Shown: one piece after another, positions 40,421-50,057 of the stretch
Layout of the letters: every line of letters starts with the position of its first letter
Numbering within the stretch: position 1 is the first letter of the stretch
NCBI GenBank assembly: GCA_965116905.1
Contig: OZ220732.1
Location: 3,264,001-3,328,000 of the forward strand
Origin: Longimicrobiales bacterium
GTDB lineage: Bacteria > Gemmatimonadota > Gemmatimonadetes > Longimicrobiales > Gaopeijiaceae
DNA length: 64,000 bases
Direction: 5' to 3'
Position numbers and translations under genes: made by a program
The notes under the pieces: model-generated
The model's input: only the letters and a program-made list of their open reading frames with translations
What the model was told of the DNA's origin: nothing
Database searches by the model: none

Positions 40421-41481
40421 TGCGCATCCTGGACCGAATGGTGGCCGTCACGTTCATGTGGCTGTTTGCCGTGTTCGCCCTGAGCGTGCCCATCCTGTTC
40501 GTGCTCGGCGACCTGTCCGAGCAGCAGGGACGGTTCCTGGACCGCGGCCTCACCGTCGTCGACATCGCGCACGGCTACATGTACATGTACCCCCACTTCA
40601 TGCTCTGGTCGGCGCCGGTCGCGGCGCTCATCGCCGCGGTCTTCACGGTGCATTCCATGACGATCCACCGCGAGATCCAGGCGGCGAAGGCCGGGGGCAT
40701 TTCCTTTCACCGGCTGATCGCGCCGATCTGGCCGGTGGGCGCCGTCCTGACGGGCGCCGCCTTCTTCCTGGGCGCCATCGTCCCCGGATCCAACCGCAGG
40801 GCTGCCGAGATCTTCGGGGAGCGCGAACTGCGCAGGGAGTGGCGCCACGACTTCGTCTACCAGACCGAGTCCGACGAGACCCTGAGCGTCCAGCAACTGT
40901 TCGCCACGACGAATTCCATGGACGGGGTGCTCGTCGAGAGCCTCGACGCCGACGGCTCACTGCGGCACGTCTGGGCGGACCAGGCTTTCTTCGCCGAGGA
41001 CAGCTGGACCCTGCATCAGGGTTACCTGCGCCTGATCAATCCCGAGGGCCGGGAGACCTCGTACTCCTTCGACCGCTACCGGCCCCTGGGGCTCACCGTG
41101 TCGCCGGATGAGCTGCTCGACGACCCCCCCGAGGAGGAGGAGATGAGCTACCGGGAACTCGGGCGGAGGGCCGCGGCCGTTCACCGCTCAGGGGGAGATC
41201 CGAGCGAGCTTCTCGTCAAGAAGGAACAGAAGCTCGCGATACCCGCGGCCCTGCTGGTCATCATCGTCTTCGGCGCCCCCCTGGCGACCACCGTCGAGAA
41301 GGGAGGACCCGCGTTCGGCGTGGGCGTGTCGCTCGGCTCCACGCTCCTCTACATACTCCTGATGAGGCTCTTCGGGGCCATCGGGGCCACGGGCGGACTG
41401 TCCCCGGTGTGGGCGGCGTGGTCACCCAACATCCTGTTTCTGGCGGTGGGGATCATCCTGCTGTTTCGGGTGCGCACGTAG
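40420..41481 (+). CDS. lptG: LPS export ABC transporter permease LptG
   Basis: MRILDR, REIQAAKAGGIS, KLAIP, AAWSPN; TGATG overlap with lptF. Confidence 0.85.
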   Translation: MRILDRMVAVTFMWLFAVFALSVPILFVLGDLSEQQGRFLDRGLTVVDIAHGYMYMYPHFMLWSAPVAALIAAVFTVHSMTIHREIQAAKAGGISFHRLIAPIWPVGAVLTGAAFFLGAIVPGSNRRAAEIFGERELRREWRHDFVYQTESDETLSVQQLFATTNSMDGVLVESLDADGSLRHVWADQAFFAEDSWTLHQGYLRLINPEGRETSYSFDRYRPLGLTVSPDELLDDPPEEEEMSYRELGRRAAAVHRSGGDPSELLVKKEQKLAIPAALLVIIVFGAPLATTVEKGGPAFGVGVSLGSTLLYILLMRLFGAIGATGGLSPVWAAWSPNILFLAVGIILLFRVRT

Positions 41482-41529
41482 CCCGCCGGCAACCGTACCC
41501 CACGCCGCGAGAGGCCCGTTCCCGGCGCC

Positions 41530-42453
41530 TCATCCGGACACGGCGGCCCGTCCGCAGTCTTCTTCGGCCAGGAAGGCCGCCGTAAGCTCCCCGGTGCAGA
41601 CTTCCCCGATCGGCCCGCGCAGGCGCACCGACCAGTCCGCCGCAAGCTCCACCTCCATGTCGCCGCCCTCCATCACGACGGTCAACCGTCCGCACGGCGC
41701 GAGACCGGATCTCACCACCGCGGCCACCGCCGCGCACGCCGACGTGCCGGACGCGGTTGTCGCCCCTACCCCCCGTTCCCAAATGCGGATCGCGATCCTT
41801 CCGCCAACCGGCAACTCGGCAAACTGCACGTTCGTACCGCGGGGAAACGCCGCGTGGGCTGAAATCAACGGCCCGTAGTGCTCCACTTCCTGGCGGCTCC
41901 AGCCGCTGCGGATCGCAACCGCGTGCGGATTGCCGACCGAGACCGGCACGACGTCGACGCAGCGCTCGCGCCCTCCGGGTGTGGACAGGCGCAATGAGAC
42001 GACGCCTCCGTCTCCGAGTCTTCCCGTGGCCAGGAAGGGGGGGCCGGCCGGGAACTCCACCGGACCCATGGCCGCGCTCGCGTCCCACAGGCCGTCCGCA
42101 CCGGGCCCCGACACCTCCAGCCACACCTCGTCACCGGCGACCACGACCGGAAACGGTCTGCCGCCGGTGTGCCCGGCACGCGCAAGGTACACCCCCGCGA
42201 TACGGAGTCCATTGCCGCTGCGCTCGAATTCCCGCCCGTCGGGGTTGAACATGCGCAGCCGTGCCGGCGCGCCCTCCGGCGCACACTCGACGACGACAAG
42301 GCCATCGGCCCCCGGACCGCGGTGCGGGTGACAGATTCGCCGGATCAACCGGGTCGTGAGCAGCGGCCCGGTCCCCCGTTCAAAGACCAGGTAGTCGTTG
42401 CCGTGGCCGTGTGCCTTGAAGAAGCGCGGCAGAACGCGGATGGCCTCATGCAA
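41530..42453 (-). CDS. dapF: Diaminopimelate epimerase-family protein, Ser/Ser active-site variant
   Basis: KAHGHGNDY, GADG, FNPDG..ERSGNG, VGNPH, FPRGTNV, WERGVG.T.ASGTS; TTG start after AGAGGAG inferred. Confidence 0.82.
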   Translation of the reverse strand: MHEAIRVLPRFFKAHGHGNDYLVFERGTGPLLTTRLIRRICHPHRGPGADGLVVVECAPEGAPARLRMFNPDGREFERSGNGLRIAGVYLARAGHTGGRPFPVVVAGDEVWLEVSGPGADGLWDASAAMGPVEFPAGPPFLATGRLGDGGVVSLRLSTPGGRERCVDVVPVSVGNPHAVAIRSGWSRQEVEHYGPLISAHAAFPRGTNVQFAELPVGGRIAIRIWERGVGATTASGTSACAAVAAVVRSGLAPCGRLTVVMEGGDMEVELAADWSVRLRGPIGEVCTGELTAAFLAEEDCGRAAVSG

Positions 42454-42590
42454 CTTTTCGGAGTCTCCTCTCGTCAAGCACGGTGACCGCCGGTTCGGAG
42501 GCCGAAAGCACCCTCTCCGGCGGCCACAAAACCAAAAAAAAGACTGAGTGACTGGGCCCGGGAGGGGTCGGCACAGGGGAGGGGAATAAC

Positions 42591-45287
42591 ATGGGGCTGT
42601 GTGGCGCGGTGGAGAAGGGGAAGCGGGGAGGTTGGTGTGCAGTGGCGGTGGCGGTGGCGGCGACGGCGTCGGTGGCAGCACCGGCGGCCCTCCCGGGCCA
42701 AAGCATCGAGAGCGGTGGCACGGAATCGGCAACCGGAGGACGTGCGGCTCCTCCAGCGCTGGAGGCCCACCGCATCAGCGGCCCCGCGCCGGTGATCGAC
42801 GGATTGCTCGACGAGGCGGACTGGCGGGCGGCGATGGTGGCCCGGGATTTTGTGGTCTTCGAGCCCAACGAAGGCATGCCGCCCTCCGAGAATACCGAAG
42901 CCCGGGTGCTCTACGGCGAAGAGGCCATCTATGTCGGCATCCGCGCCTTCGACGCCTCGCCGGACTCCATCGTCACTCGTCTGGCACGAAGAGACGAGCG
43001 ACCCCACTCCGACTGGGTGGACGTGGTGATCGACAGTTACCACGACAAGCGCACCGCATTTCGTTTCGGGGTCAACCCGGCCGGCGTGAAGAACGATTCC
43101 TACATGTTCGACGACACCAACGAGGACGACTCCTGGGACGCGGTGTGGGACGTCGCCACGCGGACCGACGACCAGGGCTGGACGGCCGAGTTCCGCATAC
43201 CGTACTCGCAACTGCGGTTCGACGGCGCTACGCAGCAGACCTGGGGAATCAACTTCGCCCGCTTCATCGCAAGGCACCTGGAGCGCAGCCTCTGGGCCCC
43301 GATCTCGCGGGGCGATGGCGCACTCGTCTCACGGTTCGGCGATCTCGTGGGGCTGCACGACCTCTCGCCCCCGACCCGGCTCGAGGTCCTGCCCTATTCC
43401 CTCGTGCGGATGGAGAGCGCGCCCGGCAACGCCGCTGATCCGTTCCACGATCCTTCCGACTTCTCCTCGACCGTGGGGGCCGACGTCAAGTACGGCCTCA
43501 CCACCGACCTCACCCTGGACGTCACCATCAACCCCGACTTCGGACAGGTGGAAGCCGATCCGGCCCAGGTCAACCTGACCGCCTTCGAGACCTTCTTTCC
43601 GGAGCGCCGCCCGTTTTTCGTGGAGGGCGCCGGCATCTTCTCCTTCCGGTTCTCCGAGGGAGACGGAGACATGGCCAGCGAGGGCCTCTTCTACTCCCGG
43701 CGCATCGGCCGTTCACCGCAGGGACGCGTTCAGTCGTCCGGCTACTTCGACGCGCCCGACCGAACGCGCATCCTCGGCGCAATGAAATTGTCGGGCAAGA
43801 CCCGCTCCGGCTGGTCGCTCGGGGTGCTGCACGCGCTCACCGGACAGGAGGAGGCCCTCCTCGCCACCGGAGCAGGCGCGACAAGCGATCAGGTGGTCGA
43901 GCCACGCGCCCAGTACGGCATGGCCCGGGTAAGCAGGGACTTCCGTGAGGGGAAGAGCGCCGTGGGAATGATCTCGACCTGGACGCGGCGCGACCCCGCC
44001 GCAGCCGGCCCACTCAGTCTGCACAGCGCCGCATACACAGGGGGCGTCGACGCCCGCCACCGCTTCGGAGACGATCGGTTCATCGTTTCCGGCTACCTGC
44101 TCGGCTCGACGGTCCGGGGCTCGGCGGATGCGATCGCCCGCACCCAGCGCTCCCCGGCCCGCTACTTCCAGCGTCCCGACGCCACACACACCGAGTACGA
44201 CCCCACGCGCACCTCGCTGGGCGGCTGGGCGGGATCGGCCACCCTGGCCAAGATCTCCGGGGGGTACTGGCGTTTCGCGACCGGGGCGATGGCGCGCTCA
44301 CCCGGCTTCGACTCCAACGATCTCGGCTTCATGCGGGAGGGGGACTTCATCGCACCCTTCGTCTGGGTAGGCTACCAGCACTTCCGGCCAACCGACCACT
44401 TTCAGCGCTGGCACGTCAACTTCAACGCCTGGACGCCCTACAGCTTCGGCGGAGAGGCCTATTCCAGGGGCGCGAACGTCAACGCCAGCGCTACCCTCAA
44501 CAACTTCTGGGGCGGCTACTTCGGCGTCATGAGACAGTCCGAGGGGCTGTCGAATACGATGTTGCGCGGTGGCCCGATGCTGCTGCGGGACCCATCGTGG
44601 GGCGGCTGGTACGGGTTCTGGTCGGATTCCCGCAAGCCGCTGCAGGTCGAGGTCGGCAACAACTGGCAACTCCGCCGGGAGAGCGGATCCTGGAGCTACG
44701 GAGCCGATGCGAACCTGCGCTGGCGGCCGTCGCCGCGCGCGACCCTCAGCGCGGGTCCCTTTGTCAACTGGAGACAAGAGGACCTGCAGTGGGTCGGACG
44801 TTTCGGGGCGGAGGTCCCCAACTACGTCTTTGCCGAGCTGTCGCAGACGACCGTCGGCATCACCGCCCGGGCGGACTGGACCTTCTCGCCCAACCTGTCG
44901 TTGCAGGTCTACGCGCAACCCTTCGTGTCGGCCGCCGACTACGGATCGTTCAAGCGCATCACGGACTCGCGCGCGACGGCCTACGCGGACCGGTTCGCCA
45001 ACCTGGGGACCGCGGACGGGGGCGATGGAACCCTCCAGGCCGACATCGACGGCGACGGCGCCGCCGACACCTTCCGCAACCCGGACTTCAACTTCAAGCA
45101 GTTCCGCTCGAACGTGGTGCTGCGCTGGGAATACCAGCCCGGGTCCGCGCTCTTCCTGGTGTGGTCGCAGGGGCGAGACCACTACGCCCAGACCGGCGAC
45201 TTCTCCTTCCGCAACGACCTCGACACCCTTCTCCACCAGCCTGGCCAGGACGTGCTCATGCTCAAGCTGAGCTACTGGCTCGGATAG
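42591..45287 (+). CDS. DUF5916-like outer-membrane protein with N-terminal CBM9-like domain; start uncertain
   Basis: PVIDGLLDE..W, GWTAEFRIPYSQLRF, TINPDFGQVEAD, FFPERRPFF, FYSRRIG, ends KLSYWLG. Confidence 0.8.
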   Translation: MGLCGAVEKGKRGGWCAVAVAVAATASVAAPAALPGQSIESGGTESATGGRAAPPALEAHRISGPAPVIDGLLDEADWRAAMVARDFVVFEPNEGMPPSENTEARVLYGEEAIYVGIRAFDASPDSIVTRLARRDERPHSDWVDVVIDSYHDKRTAFRFGVNPAGVKNDSYMFDDTNEDDSWDAVWDVATRTDDQGWTAEFRIPYSQLRFDGATQQTWGINFARFIARHLERSLWAPISRGDGALVSRFGDLVGLHDLSPPTRLEVLPYSLVRMESAPGNAADPFHDPSDFSSTVGADVKYGLTTDLTLDVTINPDFGQVEADPAQVNLTAFETFFPERRPFFVEGAGIFSFRFSEGDGDMASEGLFYSRRIGRSPQGRVQSSGYFDAPDRTRILGAMKLSGKTRSGWSLGVLHALTGQEEALLATGAGATSDQVVEPRAQYGMARVSRDFREGKSAVGMISTWTRRDPAAAGPLSLHSAAYTGGVDARHRFGDDRFIVSGYLLGSTVRGSADAIARTQRSPARYFQRPDATHTEYDPTRTSLGGWAGSATLAKISGGYWRFATGAMARSPGFDSNDLGFMREGDFIAPFVWVGYQHFRPTDHFQRWHVNFNAWTPYSFGGEAYSRGANVNASATLNNFWGGYFGVMRQSEGLSNTMLRGGPMLLRDPSWGGWYGFWSDSRKPLQVEVGNNWQLRRESGSWSYGADANLRWRPSPRATLSAGPFVNWRQEDLQWVGRFGAEVPNYVFAELSQTTVGITARADWTFSPNLSLQVYAQPFVSAADYGSFKRITDSRATAYADRFANLGTADGGDGTLQADIDGDGAADTFRNPDFNFKQFRSNVVLRWEYQPGSALFLVWSQGRDHYAQTGDFSFRNDLDTLLHQPGQDVLMLKLSYWLG

Positions 45288-45423
45288 ACTGACGGGGACA
45301 CCGCCGCGCCGCTCCGGCGGCCGGCGGACAGGAGGCCGGTGTGGGCGCGTGTGGGCGCCCGCCCGGCCTCCGCCCGTCTCCGGGGCGGCCGTTGTGCCGG
45401 ACCGCCCCGCACGGCATACTTCG

Positions 45424-46905
45424 GTGCAATCGACCGGCCTGCCCACATCGACCGCGAGGACCACCACGCCCCCCCTGCCCCGCTTCGTCGCGGTCGTCAA
45501 GGACGACTGCGAGACCTGCCACCTCGTCGCACCCCTCCTCGCACAGATCGCGGCGGCAGGCCATCCGCTCGACGTGTATTGGCAAGACGACGGGGCCTTT
45601 CTGCCGACCTCTCTCGCCACGGTGGACGACCGCCATCTGGAGCATTCGTTCCGCATGGACATCGTGACGGTCCCCACCCTGATCCGGCTGGAAGACGGAG
45701 CGGAGACGAGACGGACCGAGGGATGGGACGCGGCCGACTGGCGCACCCTGACCGGCCTGGAAGGGCTCGGCGAGGCACTTCCGGCCCGTCGCCCCGGCTG
45801 CGGCTCACGCTCGGTCGAACCGGGCGTCGCGGAAGCACTTAGGGCGCGTTACGGCGAGACCGGGATCCTGGCACGCGAGGTCGTTCTCGGCGACATGATG
45901 GACCCCGTCGAGGCGTGCTTCGATCGCGGCTGGACCGACGGCCTCCCCGTCGTGCCCCCGACCCCCGAGCGAATCCTGCGCATGCTCGCCGGCACGAGGC
46001 GCGATCCGCACGAGATCGTCGGCCGCGTTCCGCCGGACATGGTCCCGTGCACGGTGGAGAAGGTTGCGATCAACGCGGTCATGGCGGGATGCAGACCCGA
46101 GTACCTCCCCGTAGTGCTGGCCGCGCTCGAGGCCGCGCTGGACCCCGCGTTCACCCTGCACGGTGTGACCTGCAGCACCTGCTTCTCCAGTCCCGTCGTC
46201 ATCGTCAACGGCCCGATCGCGAAGCGCCTGGGCATGAACTCGGGCATGAACGCGCTCGGCCAGGGCAACCGCGCCAACGCGACGATCGGACGCGCGCTCA
46301 ACCTCGTGGTCCGAAACGTCGGCGGCGGGCGGCCCGGCGAAATCGATCGCGCCACCCTGGGTACGCCCGGCAAGTACACGTTCTGCTTCGCCGAGGACGA
46401 GTCGGACGACGGCTGGACGCCTCTCGCGGTGGCACGGGGGGTTCCTCCCGGGTCGAGTGCCGTCACCGTCTTCGCCGGGGACGGTGTCCAGGGCGTCTGG
46501 GACCAGAAGGCGCGCACACCCGCCGAGCTGACGCATTCCCTCGCCATGGCGCTCACCGCAGTGGGGCATCCGAAGCTGTGCGAGTGGGTGCAGGCGGTTC
46601 TCGTTCTCTCGCCCGAGCACTACGCCATCTACCGCGGGGCCGGCTGGGACCGTGACCGGATCACCACCGGCCTCCAGGAGGCCCTGTCGCGCCCCGGCGC
46701 CGAGGTCGCGGCCGGGGTGGGTGGCGTCGCGGAGGGCATGCCGCCCTCACGCCGAGGCGAACAGGTACCCAAGTTTCATCCGAACGGCCTCCTGTTGGTC
46801 CGCGCAGGCGGACCGGCAGGGTTGATGTCCGCCATCCTGTCGGGCTGGCCGGGAGGACGCGACTACGAGGAATCCCACCCCATCACACGAGGAATCGTCG
46901 AATGA
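45424..46905 (+). CDS. Thioredoxin-like CxxC domain fused to a domain of unknown function (UGSC-associated)
   Basis: KDDCETC, VPTL cis-Pro motif, PGCGS, WTDGLPVVPPT, AINAVMAGC, GNRANATIGRA; GTG start inferred. Confidence 0.75.
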   Translation: MQSTGLPTSTARTTTPPLPRFVAVVKDDCETCHLVAPLLAQIAAAGHPLDVYWQDDGAFLPTSLATVDDRHLEHSFRMDIVTVPTLIRLEDGAETRRTEGWDAADWRTLTGLEGLGEALPARRPGCGSRSVEPGVAEALRARYGETGILAREVVLGDMMDPVEACFDRGWTDGLPVVPPTPERILRMLAGTRRDPHEIVGRVPPDMVPCTVEKVAINAVMAGCRPEYLPVVLAALEAALDPAFTLHGVTCSTCFSSPVVIVNGPIAKRLGMNSGMNALGQGNRANATIGRALNLVVRNVGGGRPGEIDRATLGTPGKYTFCFAEDESDDGWTPLAVARGVPPGSSAVTVFAGDGVQGVWDQKARTPAELTHSLAMALTAVGHPKLCEWVQAVLVLSPEHYAIYRGAGWDRDRITTGLQEALSRPGAEVAAGVGGVAEGMPPSRRGEQVPKFHPNGLLLVRAGGPAGLMSAILSGWPGGRDYEESHPITRGIVE

Positions 46906-47462
46906 ACAACCCCGAAATCCGGCTGCACGATCCCACGTCCGAATCCGCTCCGGCCGTCCGTCCCCGCCACCCTCCCCTTCCATCGCTGGCGGACAGAACG
47001 GTGGCGCTGTTCGACATCGGCAAGACACGCTCGGACGAGTTCCTGGATTACCTCGAAGCCCGGTTCCGGGCGCTGGACATCGCCACCGGGCGCTTCGCCA
47101 AGCCGACCAACGCCAAGCCCGCGTCCACGGAGACTCTGGACGCGATCGCGGCGGGCGCGGATGCGGTCGTCGTGGCGCTCGCCGACTGAGGCTCCTGCGT
47201 ATCATGCGGTCTGCATGACATCAGGATGCTCGACGATCGGGGCGTTCCCGGTCTCCTCGTAGCCACGACGGCCTTCGAGGACGCGGCCGCGCATCAGGCG
47301 CGCTCGCTCGGCTTCGATCCCGCCGTCGCCTGGGTGCCGCACCCCGTACAGAACCGGAGTCCCGACGAGCTGGAGGCCCTGGCCGCCATGGCGATGAAGT
47401 CCGTCCTGCGACACCTGACTTCGGACGGCGGGGACGACCTCGACCCGGGCACGACCCCCTGA
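46902..47462 (+). CDS. UGSC-family selenoprotein (Sec at TGA 47187-47189), ~186 aa
   Basis: ORFs 46902-47189 and 47226-47462 are in one frame; readthrough gives ALAD-U-GSCVSC-GLHD; hairpin immediately downstream. Confidence 0.88.
47193..47226 (+). promoter_or_regulatory. Bacterial SECIS-like stem-loop
   Basis: TCCTG-CGTA-TCATGC-GGTCT-GCATGA-CAT-CAGGA; upper stem begins 12 nt after the UGA; G-containing apical loop. Confidence 0.8.
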
Positions 47463-47498
47463 CCCCGACCCCGGTGACCCCTGCGCCTCCCGTCGCCG

Positions 47499-49262
47499 CT
47501 ACACGGGCGTCGTGGCGATCAGCAGCACCACGAGCACGACAAGCGTGAGCGGGGTGCCCAGCCGTGCGTAGTCCCCGAAATGATACCCTCCCGGGCCGTA
47601 GACCATCAGGTTGGTCTGGTACGCCACCGGCGTCATGAAGGACGCCGACGCGGAAAGCGCGACGGCCACCGCCGCCGCCCGCGCGTCGATCCCGAAGTCC
47701 GCGGCCGTCGAGAGCGCGATGGGCAGAACGAGCGCGGCGGCCGCGTTGTTGGTGATGAAGGAACTGAGCACCACGGTGCTGATCACGATGCCCGCCATGG
47801 CGCCCTGGGGCCCGAAGCGCCCGAGGACATCATTGACGAGCTGGGCGGCAGACTGGCCCAGGCCGGAGCTGTCGACCGCGGCGGCAAGCCCGAACGCGGC
47901 GCCGATCACGATGATGACCTCGAAATCGATCGAATCCTTGGCTTCATTCGTGGTCAGGATGCCGGAGCCGATAAGGACGAGCGCGCCGATCAGGGACAGG
48001 TGCAGGATGGGAAGCACGCCCAGGCCGGCGCCGAGCACGATGACCGCGGCAACACCCGCCACGACGGCCGCCTTTCCCGTGGGCTCCGGGGCCGTGTCCC
48101 CAAGGCGGGGCACAAGCAGAAAGTCGGTGCGGTGGCGCCAGCGCTCGCCGAAGCCCCGGTCCGAGATGAGCAGCAGCGTATCGCCGGCGCGGAGAGGCTC
48201 GCGCGCGAGGTGACCCTTGATCGGCTCCCCCGCCCGGTGGATCGCCACTACGGTGCCCTGATAGCGCGCCAGAAACTGGATGTCCACGAGCGAGCGGCCC
48301 ACGAGCCGGGACTCAGGCGCGATGACCGCCTCGAAGTACGCGTGCCGCGGGCTGCCCACCTCGTGGGGCAGGTGCGGCTCCTGGGCCGACGCTATGCCCG
48401 ACACGTCGTGCAGCTCGAGCACCGTGTCCATCCCTCCGACCAGCGTGACGTAATCGCCGCCCTTGAGCACCGTACGCCCCGAAACCTGCGCCGCCCCTTC
48501 ACCGTCGCGCTCGAAATACACGATCACCGCACCCTCGGGGAACCGCGTCCGGGCCTCGCTGACCGCCAGCCCATCGACGGGCCCGCCGGGCTCGACCACC
48601 ATGCGGACCGAGAAGCTCCGGCCCTCTGAACGCGCCTCCTGGCGCGGCGGCAGCCGGTCCGGCAGAAGCTTCGGCGAGAGCACGACGGTGATCACGAGGC
48701 CCAACAGGGCCATCGGCAGGGCGAGCCGGGTCAACTCGAACATCGAGAAGGGATCATGTCCCTCCGCCTGGAGCAGACCCGAGACCACGATGTTCGTGGA
48801 TGTGCCGATCAGCGTGGTCATGCCCCCCAGAATGGCGGCGAACGAAAGCGGCATGAGGTAGCGGGACGCCGAGTCTCCGCGCCGGTCGGCCCACTCCGCC
48901 ACCTGCGGCGCCAGCATGGCGATGATCGGGGTATTGTTCAGGAACGCGGACGAGGCGGCCACGGGAACCGTAATCCGCGCGAGCGCGGTGCGCAGACCGC
49001 GGGCCTTCCCCAGGGTCGCGCGCACGAGGGGCTGCAGCGCCCCGCTCTTTTCCACCCCCCGCGCCAGGATGTAGAGCGCGGCAACGGTGATGGGCGCCGG
49101 ATTCGAGAACCCCTGGAACGCCTGCCCCGGACTCACGACATCCGCCACCATGAGCACCACGACCGCGGCCCCGAAGGTGACGGCCGGTGATACCAGTTCG
49201 CGAGCGAGCACCACGACGGCCACCGAGACGACCGCCAGCGTCAGCCACGCGTCGGCGCTCAT
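47499..49262 (-). CDS. SLC13/CitMHS-family permease with TrkA-C domains
   Basis: GFSNPA, SAFLNNTP, TLIGTSTN, FITNNAAA, FMTPVAYQTNLMVYGPGGY. Confidence 0.9.
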   Translation of the reverse strand: MSADAWLTLAVVSVAVVVLARELVSPAVTFGAAVVVLMVADVVSPGQAFQGFSNPAPITVAALYILARGVEKSGALQPLVRATLGKARGLRTALARITVPVAASSAFLNNTPIIAMLAPQVAEWADRRGDSASRYLMPLSFAAILGGMTTLIGTSTNIVVSGLLQAEGHDPFSMFELTRLALPMALLGLVITVVLSPKLLPDRLPPRQEARSEGRSFSVRMVVEPGGPVDGLAVSEARTRFPEGAVIVYFERDGEGAAQVSGRTVLKGGDYVTLVGGMDTVLELHDVSGIASAQEPHLPHEVGSPRHAYFEAVIAPESRLVGRSLVDIQFLARYQGTVVAIHRAGEPIKGHLAREPLRAGDTLLLISDRGFGERWRHRTDFLLVPRLGDTAPEPTGKAAVVAGVAAVIVLGAGLGVLPILHLSLIGALVLIGSGILTTNEAKDSIDFEVIIVIGAAFGLAAAVDSSGLGQSAAQLVNDVLGRFGPQGAMAGIVISTVVLSSFITNNAAAALVLPIALSTAADFGIDARAAAVAVALSASASFMTPVAYQTNLMVYGPGGYHFGDYARLGTPLTLVVLVVLLIATTPV

Positions 49263-49277
49263 GGACTCGTGTGCGGA

Positions 49278-49895
49278 TCAGCCGCGATCGTACGCCAGGA
49301 CGAGTGGCTCGCTCGGACCGCTGGCCACGATGGTGCGGGTCATGATCATCCGGTCACCGATGACTTCCAGCTGCTCGCGGACCCGGCCTCCACCCACTAC
49401 CTGGTGATCGAGTCTCAGGATCGGGCCCTCCCACGACACGCTGGTCCGAATCCGGTGTTCACCCTCGCGCATCTCGAAATCGGTGCCGTCCATCGGTACG
49501 GTGATGGTCGTGCCGGGCACCGGCGTGTACCCCAATTCGACCGCGCTGGCGCGGAGCAACAGCGTTTCCGGCCGCCTGCGCAGCACTTCGATGGTCGCAC
49601 GCATATCCGAGACCGACATGCGCCGCGACTCGACCATGCGGCGGTAGCGCCGCATCGCACGGCTCTCGTTGCGGGCGATGTCGGCCACCGGCGCTTCGTC
49701 GGCCACGCCCTCGAGCTGATTGGGGATCTGGGCCGAACTGCTGGACTCGTCCAGCTCCCAGCGCCCCGAGTAGGCGGCAAACAGCTCCTCGGCCTGCGCT
49801 CCGCTGACCGGCGGACCCCCGCCTCCGGAAGCGCACCCCCACGTGCCCGCGGAGAGCACGGCGATCGCAAGAATACTGCGGGTTCGGAGATTCAT
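49278..49895 (-). CDS. Hypothetical lipoprotein
   Basis: Signal peptide ending TWGC; YSGRWELD lipocalin-like start. Confidence 0.65.
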   Translation of the reverse strand: MNLRTRSILAIAVLSAGTWGCASGGGGPPVSGAQAEELFAAYSGRWELDESSSSAQIPNQLEGVADEAPVADIARNESRAMRRYRRMVESRRMSVSDMRATIEVLRRRPETLLLRASAVELGYTPVPGTTITVPMDGTDFEMREGEHRIRTSVSWEGPILRLDHQVVGGGRVREQLEVIGDRMIMTRTIVASGPSEPLVLAYDRG

Positions 49896-50057
49896 CGCGG
49901 AATCCTCGTGCCTGATCGGGTCGTTGCGCCGGGGCCCGATTGCGCGCAGCGCCCGGGCACCGCCATCCGTGCCGCAAGTATAGCGGCGGCTACTCCCGAT
50001 GCAAGACTCCGGACCGGGTGCGGCCCGGCCGGGCCCGGCGGGATCGGGTCCCGCGCG

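Noticed and set aside
46902..47462. Pseudogene with premature stop, or two small genes
   Set aside because: The stop is TGA at a redox-motif position followed by a SECIS-like hairpin; selenocysteine explains it better.
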